From IMG/VR virus record IMGVR_UViG_3300037312_000542, positions 706 through 64,705 of that record: 64,000 nucleotides of DNA; one strand, 5' to 3'. Below are positions 7,911 through 15,541 of this stretch, one piece after another. The stretch is from a virus (lineage: Duplodnaviria; Caudoviricetes). A model generated the notes under the pieces. That model had not been told where the DNA came from and did no database searches. It worked only from the letters and a program-made list of their open reading frames with translations. Position numbers and translations under genes: made by a program. How positions within the stretch are numbered: the stretch's first letter is position 1; the number at the start of each line of letters is the position of its first letter.

Positions 7911-8704
7911 CCGGCGCGAGCGCCACGCGGCAACGGCAACCCCATCTCCGCTTCAAGTTCTTCCTGCAACAGCGCGAGCGCACGCCATGCAAGGGCGGCG
8001 CTGTGGCGCGTGTCCCCGTCAAAGCCGCCACGGCCGACCAGATGACGCAAGATGCAATCGGCATGGTCCATGGACTTGCCGCGGGCGTGGTGCATCGGTT
8101 CGCCCGGATTGTGCTTCTCATTGCCGATGTACGAGACCTGCGCCACGGCGGCGAGCGCGTCGGGGAAATAATCCAGGAGGCCACGCGCCATGGGGAACGT
8201 CTTGCGCGTGGCGCTGTCGGCGTCGATCAGGCGCTGGCGCGTGGCACAGGGAGGCGACACCGCCCCTGGAAATGCGCACCCGTTGTCGCAACTGTAGCCG
8301 TCGCAGCCGGGGCATCGTTCCGACTCTTCATTGGCCGTGGCGCCGTCACCCCGTTCCAGTTCTTCAATCGCCGCGATCGTGATGGCGTTCGGCACCAGCG
8401 ATGGACTTTCGACGCGGGCGGTCAGAGCATCGAAACGAATCTTTGCGGCTTGCGCCTGTAGAGAATCGGCCATTTTCGAATAGTCGCGCGACTTGTTACG
8501 GTACTCGGCGGCAACTTTCTCGATGCGGTCGGCTTCGAGTCCTGTTTCGACACGCGGAATCGGGGTATCGATCACGCAGTCGTAGGCGACGCGCGGTAAC
8601 GTCGCCCCTAGCGCGCGCATCTCCTGTGCCACCTGTTCGATACATTCGCCGGTCTGGTTGCACTTGCCGTTCGGGCATGTGGCGGGTGTGCAATCCGTGC
8701 TCAC
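7907..8704 (-). CDS. dATP/dGTP diphosphohydrolase-domain (DUF5664-like) protein
   Basis: C-terminal FPDALAAVAQVSYIGNEKH...DCILRHL...HSAALAWRALALL; GTG start coupled to upstream TGA. Confidence 0.65.
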   Translation of the reverse strand: MSTDCTPATCPNGKCNQTGECIEQVAQEMRALGATLPRVAYDCVIDTPIPRVETGLEADRIEKVAAEYRNKSRDYSKMADSLQAQAAKIRFDALTARVESPSLVPNAITIAAIEELERGDGATANEESERCPGCDGYSCDNGCAFPGAVSPPCATRQRLIDADSATRKTFPMARGLLDYFPDALAAVAQVSYIGNEKHNPGEPMHHARGKSMDHADCILRHLVGRGGFDGDTRHSAALAWRALALLQEELEAEMGLPLPRGARAG

Positions 8705-8928
8705 GCTATCCCCCTCTCTTGCCGCCCATATCGACTGAGCGTGCGGTTGCCCGCGGCCCATGCGCAGTTCAGGTTGCGCAGCGTGTCCGCATCCGGTGAT
8801 GCTTTGAATGCCTCGATTGCAGTGTTGAGTGCGCGCGACGCGTTGCGAAGATGCAGACGCGGCAATTCTTCGGCCGCGCCGGCGACCGCGGTTTGCAATT
8901 CGAGTAGGAGGTTGGGAGATTCGGACAT
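8701..8928 (-). CDS. hypothetical protein
   Basis: 75-aa ORF in the leftward operon. Confidence 0.55.
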   Translation of the reverse strand: MSESPNLLLELQTAVAGAAEELPRLHLRNASRALNTAIEAFKASPDADTLRNLNCAWAAGNRTLSRYGRQERGIA

Positions 8929-8950
8929 GAGCGGGGTGGCTCCTTATCAG

Positions 8951-9130
8951 TTAGCCGGGGTAACGACTGCGCTTCCACTGGGTAAATTCGCGAAGCAATT
9001 TCACATCGCGATGGCGTCGCCACCACCATTCGAGAACCGCCCATCCGGTGAGCCCGATAAGTAATGCGGTGAGTAGTATCGATCCGGTGACAACGACGAC
9101 GTAACCGATGACAAGCGCAAACGTGTTCAT
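8951..9130 (-). CDS. single-TM membrane protein
   Basis: Long hydrophobic N-terminus followed by basic tail; ATGA coupling. Confidence 0.55.
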   Translation of the reverse strand: MNTFALVIGYVVVVTGSILLTALLIGLTGWAVLEWWWRRHRDVKLLREFTQWKRSRYPG

Positions 9131-10347
9131 GCAGCGACCTTTCCGCGAATGCCTTTGCCGACGCGGTCCCATTCGCCAAACTCACGATGATAAGTGATCG
9201 CCTGGAGTGACCGACCGGAAAGGAAACCGGCGCCGAAATGCCATGCATCTTGCGGGATTGGCGCTTGATGCGATTCGCAGATCACACCAAGTCCTTCGCT
9301 TCCGAATTTCGATCGATGATGAATGTGGAAGCCGTGGACGTAACGGAATTCAGTCGCGCCCCAATCCGCTGCGCGGCGATGCGCCATGATCTGCGGCATC
9401 TGGTCTAGCTTGACGGTGTGCCCGTGGGTCGCGCCGAGTAGCACGTTACCGAAACGATACCACCAATAAAGCGACGGGTCCGTGTCGACAGTCACTCGCG
9501 CGTCGTTGCGATACCATGCCGCAAGGAAATGCGCGATGGCGACCGCACTATGCTCGTCGTGGTTACCCGGAAGAATTCGAACGGTGACGTGTTTGTGCCT
9601 TCGCAACGATGCATCAACAGTACGCACCATCATGCGTTGTGCGACTGCGAGGACTTTTTGATAACGTCCGTCGACATCGAGTGCGTTGTGCGATTTGTCG
9701 GTCTGGTTACGCTTGTTGTCGGCGTGCATCAAATCACCGCCGCCCAGCACCACGCATTCACCGGACGCAAGCGATCGTCGCAGCACGTTTTCAATGTTCG
9801 CGCTGATGGTCGCTTCCGCGATTTTCAAATCCCAATTCTCGCCGGTTTCCGGCCCCCAAGCGAACATGCCGACGTGCCAATCGTTGCATGGCAGTAGCGT
9901 CAACAGATCAGTGTCGACGACGTCCGGTTCGGGTGCGGGCAACGCGGCGGGCCGATAGTCTTCGAACGACTTTTTGAGTAAATCAGCGATCGCGAGCGGG
10001 TCGAGAACGCCTTCCTTCGTCTTGATCCACTTGACGACCTCACGACCGTCTTCGTCGACCAGGGCAGACACGCCCTTGATGACGTGGCCGGCGGGCAGCG
10101 CGAACGCTTCGCCACGGTCCGGTTTCTGCTCAACGGACTTGCCGTTCGGACCTTCATTGACGCGCGAGATGCGAAATCCCGGCATCGCCGCTGGATGGTC
10201 CAGCAGCATCCCGCGCACCGCAGCGGCTTTCAGGTGCCCTTGGAAAGTAGATCGTGCCAGCCCGGATGCCTTGGCCGCTGCACGCTCCGAGTTGCCATTG
10301 GCGCGGTATAGTTCGACGGCGCGTTGGAGGGTTTCGGTGTCGATCAA
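9127..10347 (-). CDS. calcineurin-like metallophosphoesterase with N-terminal HTH
   Basis: DWH, GDLMH, GNHD, THGH, HIHH metal motifs; N-terminal SERAAAKASGLARSTFQGHL HTH. Confidence 0.75.
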   Translation of the reverse strand: MIDTETLQRAVELYRANGNSERAAAKASGLARSTFQGHLKAAAVRGMLLDHPAAMPGFRISRVNEGPNGKSVEQKPDRGEAFALPAGHVIKGVSALVDEDGREVVKWIKTKEGVLDPLAIADLLKKSFEDYRPAALPAPEPDVVDTDLLTLLPCNDWHVGMFAWGPETGENWDLKIAEATISANIENVLRRSLASGECVVLGGGDLMHADNKRNQTDKSHNALDVDGRYQKVLAVAQRMMVRTVDASLRRHKHVTVRILPGNHDEHSAVAIAHFLAAWYRNDARVTVDTDPSLYWWYRFGNVLLGATHGHTVKLDQMPQIMAHRRAADWGATEFRYVHGFHIHHRSKFGSEGLGVICESHQAPIPQDAWHFGAGFLSGRSLQAITYHREFGEWDRVGKGIRGKVAA

Positions 10348-10628
10348 TGACTGCCTCTGAATGCCATGTAAATCGCGCCGAGGATGCCGGAGACGATAAC
10401 GCCGACGGCGACGATCAGGGTTTGCCGACGCACCGTCTCGACGCTGCGGCGCCAGTTGCGGACGTGCGCGAAATCGCGCTGCATCTCCAGCATCGCCTTG
10501 TCGTCGCTGGTATCGACGCCCATGGTCAGGAACAGCTTGCGCACCGCGGCGTCCGCCGACGCGGAGGCGATATGTTCGATTTCGCTGGAGGTCAGGGGCA
10601 TCATGATTGAATCGCTACCTTCGTTCAC
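10344..10628 (-). CDS. holin-like/DUF1515-like membrane protein
   Basis: Coiled N-terminus plus one C-terminal TM, within lysis cassette. Confidence 0.5.
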   Translation of the reverse strand: MNEGSDSIMMPLTSSEIEHIASASADAAVRKLFLTMGVDTSDDKAMLEMQRDFAHVRNWRRSVETVRRQTLIVAVGVIVSGILGAIYMAFRGSH

Positions 10629-10818
10629 TGCACCGCTCGATTTCCAGCCCGTTGCGCGCGCCGATCAGGCACGCGTCGCGCTCCGCGTGGTAGGTGGCGA
10701 TTGTCTTTCCGGCCGGTCCGATGACCAACGTGGCGAACATGAGCGCGATGGCAGCGAGCGCGATGACGCCTGCGACTTCCTCGATGAAGTCTTTCATGCG
10801 CGCGCCATCAAAAGGCAT
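10615..10818 (-). CDS. small membrane protein
   Basis: One TM segment, in lysis cassette. Confidence 0.5.
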   Translation of the reverse strand: MPFDGARMKDFIEEVAGVIALAAIALMFATLVIGPAGKTIATYHAERDACLIGARNGLEIERCSERR

Positions 10819-11471
10819 ACGGCGCTGGACGGGACGACGTAGCTGATCGCAAAGGGTGCCATCCCGCCGAACAGCGAACCCCGTGCCGCCAGTCCAACCG
10901 CGAGCCCGACGACATCGCCTGTTCGATCAAAGACCGGTCCGCCGCTCATGCCGGGCGCGACCGCGATGCTGGCGACGAAACTCGATTTCCAAGGTTCACG
11001 CGCGCCGTAATCGGAAGCGACGCGACCCCAAGTGCGAATGAATTTCAGGTTGAGCGGATTGCCGAATGCGGAAATTTCATCGCCGACGGCGAGGCGCGCG
11101 GTGCAATCGAGGCGGGACGCGGCGAGCGTCTTGGGCTGGTCGATCTGGATCAGCGCGACGTCATAGGCTTTGTTTGCCCAAAGGACGGCACCGGTCTGCA
11201 CGCGCCCGCGGTCGTCGGTGATCTGCATTGATGTCTGACCCTCGACGACGTGCGCGGCAGTCAGGATGAAGCCGTGCCCGATGTGGACGCCGGACCCGTG
11301 CCCCTCGTCGTTCGAAATGATGACGGTGGATGACGCCATGGGCGGGGCGGCGGGAGCGGGTCGGAAGGTGAGCAGCATCAAGCCGAGAACGATAGCGCAG
11401 GCGGCAAGGCCGCTATACGCGAGCCACTTGATGTCGCTGTCGTCGAACGGCTCATGCCAGAAGTGGGTCAT
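10794..11471 (-). CDS. membrane-anchored trypsin-like serine protease
   Basis: Triad: TAAH, DVAL, PGMSGGP; N-terminal TM anchor. Confidence 0.85.
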   Translation of the reverse strand: MTHFWHEPFDDSDIKWLAYSGLAACAIVLGLMLLTFRPAPAAPPMASSTVIISNDEGHGSGVHIGHGFILTAAHVVEGQTSMQITDDRGRVQTGAVLWANKAYDVALIQIDQPKTLAASRLDCTARLAVGDEISAFGNPLNLKFIRTWGRVASDYGAREPWKSSFVASIAVAPGMSGGPVFDRTGDVVGLAVGLAARGSLFGGMAPFAISYVVPSSAVCLLMARA

Positions 11472-11737
11472 GGCGCTTTTTTCCAGCATCGTTTGTTCAC
11501 ACCGGTTTGGTTGTGGGTGCGAATTTGACGAATGGTGTTCGGGGTGTCCCCGTGACTTTCGCCGGCGTTTGGATCGCCGTTAACCGTGAAATCAATAGGT
11601 CTCCACCCGGCGCAACGAGCTTTTTGCTCCGTTTTCTTACTTCCGTTTCCAGTTGTCGCGGTTCCGGGGGTCGTTGCGCACGCTGTCAGGAGGCTCGTTG
11701 CGAATAGTAGACTCAGCGTCAGTGCGAGCCGTTTCAC
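11468..11737 (-). CDS. o-spanin (Rz1-like lipoprotein)
   Basis: GTG start, lipobox LTAC, overlaps the 3' end of the i-spanin gene in another frame. Confidence 0.7.
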   Translation of the reverse strand: MKRLALTLSLLFATSLLTACATTPGTATTGNGSKKTEQKARCAGWRPIDFTVNGDPNAGESHGDTPNTIRQIRTHNQTGVNKRCWKKAP

Positions 11738-12005
11738 CACGCCCGGCTTCAACTTGAAGCGCGATATCCCATTCGGCTTGTTTTTCCTTGAGACCGGCAT
11801 CGTAGAATTTCCCTGCTACGAAGGAGGAATAGAAAGCAGCGGCGGCAACGCAGATCGCCGCGACACGTAGGTTTGGAATGAACCGTGCGATCAAAGGCGG
11901 GGTCAGCACCGCGATGGCTACAGCGCCGCAGCCGATCAAAGTGGTGATCGACGCCGAAGATGCCAGAAAGTGCCACGCTGCGGTCGGGGTCCAGCCGTAG
12001 AGCAT
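11637..12005 (-). CDS. i-spanin (Rz-like)
   Basis: N-terminal TM segments then coiled periplasmic part; follows endolysin with ATGA overlap. Confidence 0.65.
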   Translation of the reverse strand: MLYGWTPTAAWHFLASSASITTLIGCGAVAIAVLTPPLIARFIPNLRVAAICVAAAAFYSSFVAGKFYDAGLKEKQAEWDIALQVEAGRGETARTDAESTIRNEPPDSVRNDPRNRDNWKRK

Positions 12006-12817
12006 CACGACACCTGCTTTCGAATCCATGCGCGCACGTCGCCCGGCCCCATGAACAGAATGAACAGGATGGCGACCGCGACGATGCCGCCAAAGAGCAC
12101 GGCGACGACGCGCCAATCGGTCAGGTAGCCGAGCACGCCGACGCCGCCGACGCCCGAGAACCAGCCGGTGACGCTTTTCCACTTGCGGCGCAGCCAGCCG
12201 GTCCGGGTTTCGTTGTCAGCGGGTGCGGGGGCAGACGGCACTTCGACGGGAGCGGTCGCCGTGGCGGGCTCGGCGTCGGAATCCGAATCGGTCTCCGGAG
12301 CGTCAACGAACTTGGCGGGCACTGGCACCGACGGGCCGGGGTAGCCCGTAGCATCACAGGCTTCGAAGTGCATCGGGTCCGTCCGACCCCGGTAGTCGCC
12401 GCCCCAACGAAAGCCTTGCCGCTTGAACGCGTCGATGACCGGCTGCGGCATGGTGCCGTGGCCGGTGCCGAAGCCATTCTGCTCGGCGTTGATGTCGATC
12501 GCCGCGCCGTATGCGTGATTGGACCATTTGGTCGTGCTGCCGCGGATGTAACGCGGGTTGTAGCCGCCCGAATATTTGGAAATGCCGAGCGCGTCGATCT
12601 TCGTTTGATCGCGCCCGTAATAGTTCCAGATTTCATTGAAAGCGGCGCGAAGCGCGTCGGCGGCTTTACGGTGAAAGCGGATGCGACGGACCGGCTTGCC
12701 GTCGTAGTACATCTGGAAGGGCGGAATTACGTCGACGAGTTGCCGTTCGACATCCGGACCCGGAGTGCCGTAGAACTTTAGTAGCGCCGCTTGGTTATCG
12801 GCGGGCCACTTTCCCAC
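12005..12817 (-). CDS. endolysin, peptidase M15 family, with C-terminal membrane anchor
   Basis: YNPR, SNHAYGAAIDIN, WGGDY...DPMHFE zinc-peptidase motifs; hydrophobic C-terminus. Confidence 0.85.
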   Translation of the reverse strand: MGKWPADNQAALLKFYGTPGPDVERQLVDVIPPFQMYYDGKPVRRIRFHRKAADALRAAFNEIWNYYGRDQTKIDALGISKYSGGYNPRYIRGSTTKWSNHAYGAAIDINAEQNGFGTGHGTMPQPVIDAFKRQGFRWGGDYRGRTDPMHFEACDATGYPGPSVPVPAKFVDAPETDSDSDAEPATATAPVEVPSAPAPADNETRTGWLRRKWKSVTGWFSGVGGVGVLGYLTDWRVVAVLFGGIVAVAILFILFMGPGDVRAWIRKQVS

Positions 12818-12818
12818 G

Positions 12819-12932
12819 CTACACCGCCAGTGCGGTCAGGACGGACAGCACCCACAGGGCCAAAGTGTAGCCGGGGTGCGCCGAAATGAAGGCGGTAGCG
12901 GTCGTGAGTGCGGTTTTCAGGGCTTTTGCCAT
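12819..12932 (-). CDS. 37-aa membrane peptide, possible holin/antiholin
   Basis: MAKALKTALTTATAFISAHPGYTLALWVLSVLTALAV between motif promoter and endolysin. Confidence 0.45.
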   Translation of the reverse strand: MAKALKTALTTATAFISAHPGYTLALWVLSVLTALAV

Positions 12933-12938
12933 GATGCG

Positions 12939-12968
12939 ACTTTACTACGATTAATGCGGTTTGTCAAC
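12939..12968 (-). promoter_or_regulatory. motif promoter 2 (lysis cassette)
   Basis: GTTGACAAAC...GTAG-TAAAGT. Confidence 0.75.
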
Positions 12969-13033
12969 GACGCGACGAGCGTAAGGAGTCAGCAGGGTAA
13001 GGAAGTGAGGCGGTCCTCTGAATTGGAGGTGGG

Positions 13034-13300
13034 GTGGGTTTACTCGGATTGGTTGTGGAGGTATGGTTGTCCCATGGAACCACTGAGATGACATTCACGA
13101 TGTTATTGCCGTCGATAGCTGCCGTAGTCGGACTCGTGTTTTTGCTAAAGCACTTCGCGAGCGCAGAGCGCGCTACTGAGTGGCACCATCACAGCCAACG
13201 GGGAAAGCCCGTAAAGCGTCGGTGGCGAGCCGGTGAATGGCAGTACAGGGATTTGACCCCCGAAGAAGAAAACCAGCGCGTCATTGACCTGTCGATCTAG
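13034..13300 (+). CDS. opposite-strand membrane moron
   Basis: GGAGG RBS, one TM, converges on the SGNH gene. Confidence 0.5.
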   Translation: MGLLGLVVEVWLSHGTTEMTFTMLLPSIAAVVGLVFLLKHFASAERATEWHHHSQRGKPVKRRWRAGEWQYRDLTPEEENQRVIDLSI

Positions 13301-13869
13301 GCGATGAGCGGGCCAATCACGGCGCTCGCGTTCGGAACGATCACCCTGACCGCTTCATCATGCGTCGGATGGACTCCATCAGGTATCTGAGTGTCGGTTG
13401 GCGAGCCCCACGTCGGCGTGTTGTCGATAAGCGCTGTCGCTTTTGACGCCGCGAGGTCGCGCAGCTTTTGATAATAGTCGGGCAGCGCCGCGATCTGATA
13501 ACTCGGTGCCGGCGAGATGGCGGGGTTCATGGTCATCAAGGCCACCAACGTTGTCGCGTCGGCCGCTCTGACATTGTCGATGATAGTTGTCACGTCGTTA
13601 CCGAAAGACGTCAGGTCAACAGAAGCGTAGGCGTCGTTCATCCCAACTTCGATGACAACCAGCCTTGGGCGCATTCGAACGATGGCCGCGGAGTCAGCCA
13701 CGAGGTTTGCAGCTACCGCTCCCGGATGCCCGAAATCATAGAGCCGAACCGGCCGCACCGAAGATTGTTGCAAGTTTGCCCGAAACGTCGGTTGCCAGTA
13801 GCAGATGCTGTTGGCAGTCAGGCTGGTGCCAAGAAACGCGATATCGAATACGCCCCAACGCTCGCTCAT
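13297..13869 (-). CDS. SGNH/GDSL hydrolase (esterase/deacetylase)
   Basis: Block I GTSLT, block III GMND, block V DGVHP. Confidence 0.85.
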   Translation of the reverse strand: MSERWGVFDIAFLGTSLTANSICYWQPTFRANLQQSSVRPVRLYDFGHPGAVAANLVADSAAIVRMRPRLVVIEVGMNDAYASVDLTSFGNDVTTIIDNVRAADATTLVALMTMNPAISPAPSYQIAALPDYYQKLRDLAASKATALIDNTPTWGSPTDTQIPDGVHPTHDEAVRVIVPNASAVIGPLIA

Positions 13870-15074
13870 CGATAAACACTCCGATCGATGCGCCAGCCTT
13901 CGGTCGAGATTGATATCACTCCGGTTCCGTTTGCGTTGCTGTCGCCGGTCGAGACTTTGCCAGTGTTGCTTGTGAAAAGACGAGCACGAGTGGCGAAGAT
14001 GGTTCCCGGATTATAGAACCAATCACCCGTTGATGCTGATGGTGTGTATGGCCCTAGATCAGGATCCCGTATCGTGACGTTACCGCCAACAGTCCCGCTG
14101 AAGAACGCACTATCGTTGGCCTGTAGATAAACCTCGACTTCGCACTTTGCGCCAGGCGGGACTGCCAGAAGTCGCTCAGTCGCAGTTGTGGTGTTCGAGG
14201 CAGAAGAAACCGACGCCGGTCGCGACTTATAAAAGTGCCATTCCCCCAAAGCGACAAAGTCGTAAATATTATTGAAGTACGAGAATGCCCCGATCCAACG
14301 TCTCCGCGTAAATCCGGAGGGCATAACGGGCGCCGTCATCGACGTGCTGGTGAGAAAGTCAGATTCGCCTGTCGTCGGATTGAAGATCACATGGATGTGA
14401 TAAAATCCATTGGCGACGACACCAGCGTCGAGGCTCCCGCCATTCTGACCAGCAGACCACGCAAGCGTCACGTTCTTCGATAGTGTAGCCGAGATATCAA
14501 TCGTCACCTCGTTGAGGCTGTCGCGGCACGAGCCCGGTGCAACGTCAATTACGCGGTCGTAATACGTCGCGTTCTGGCTATACCCGAGCCCGCGAAAAAA
14601 GTCGGACACAGCGGTGAAGGAGTCATATGGGCTCTTTTTGAACACCCAGACTCCACCTTCCTTCTTCCACCACTTACCGGTCTCGTCCTGAAACGCTCGC
14701 TGGTTTTCGTCGCCTAATGAGGGGTCCGGAGCGGCCGCTCCATCCGGCACAGGGATGAAGTAATTGATCAGGTTGAGCGCAGCCACCTGCTTTTGCAGAT
14801 CTTGCGCGATCTGCACGTCGTCGAAGCGTAGCGAGGAACATTTGTACGCAACGTAGCTTTTGCCGCTGACCACACCGTCAGACCAACCCACCAACTGCCC
14901 ATGGGTCGCGTCCGTCACGGCGCTGACTAGCAGCGCGGGAGTGCCATCGACAGAAACCATGTCGCCATCGACGACGTTTGGCCCACCCCAGATGCCGCCG
15001 GATACGGTGACCCCCCCGTCTGTCGTTACAGCGACAGTGCCGGTTCGATACGCGGTTTCCTCCAGACTCGTCAT
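13866..15074 (-). CDS. tail fibre protein
   Basis: N-terminal YRTGTVAVT fibre anchor; position downstream of chaperone and tail tip. Confidence 0.7.
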   Translation of the reverse strand: MTSLEETAYRTGTVAVTTDGGVTVSGGIWGGPNVVDGDMVSVDGTPALLVSAVTDATHGQLVGWSDGVVSGKSYVAYKCSSLRFDDVQIAQDLQKQVAALNLINYFIPVPDGAAAPDPSLGDENQRAFQDETGKWWKKEGGVWVFKKSPYDSFTAVSDFFRGLGYSQNATYYDRVIDVAPGSCRDSLNEVTIDISATLSKNVTLAWSAGQNGGSLDAGVVANGFYHIHVIFNPTTGESDFLTSTSMTAPVMPSGFTRRRWIGAFSYFNNIYDFVALGEWHFYKSRPASVSSASNTTTATERLLAVPPGAKCEVEVYLQANDSAFFSGTVGGNVTIRDPDLGPYTPSASTGDWFYNPGTIFATRARLFTSNTGKVSTGDSNANGTGVISISTEGWRIDRSVYR

Positions 15075-15076
15075 GT

Positions 15077-15541
15077 TTATTGCTTTCTGTTTGATGAGAA
15101 CGCCCCACGCAATCGAAGATGCTCCGACGCATCGACGCCATCCGGCCGCGTTGGGAACACTTTCAATCGGTCTGATGCAGAGCCTGGCAACTTGGACAGA
15201 TCGCGTAATTGTTGACGATATGCGATCCACTGCTCCCGATTTGACACCATGCGATCAGGCATCATGAACTGATCGGTTGCTGCCAATTCCGCCGCGACAA
15301 GACCGAAAATGTCGTGATCTTTCGGTGCGAGAAACGCGGCGCGCTCCGCGTCGGTACGGAGCCGCAGTATCTTCGCATCGACATCAACGATGTGCGTTGC
15401 AATCGTGATGCTTTGGACCGACTGCCCGTCTTCCAGTTGCTGCACTATGCAATCGAAGCCTTCGAAAATCGGAGGAAGCGACGCGTTATCGATCTGCCGG
15501 ATTTCTCCGGTGACCGGGTGATAGCAAATGTTGAGATTCAT
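15077..15541 (-). CDS. tail fibre assembly chaperone
   Basis: WIAYRQQLRDL motif. Confidence 0.7.
   Translation of the reverse strand: MNLNICYHPVTGEIRQIDNASLPPIFEGFDCIVQQLEDGQSVQSITIATHIVDVDAKILRLRTDAERAAFLAPKDHDIFGLVAAELAATDQFMMPDRMVSNREQWIAYRQQLRDLSKLPGSASDRLKVFPTRPDGVDASEHLRLRGAFSSNRKQ

Noticed and set aside
7907-8704. 2-aminoadenine (Z-genome) or other base-substitution pathway
   Set aside because: A dATP/dGTP diphosphohydrolase domain is present, but no PurZ or other modified-base synthase is recognisable in the window
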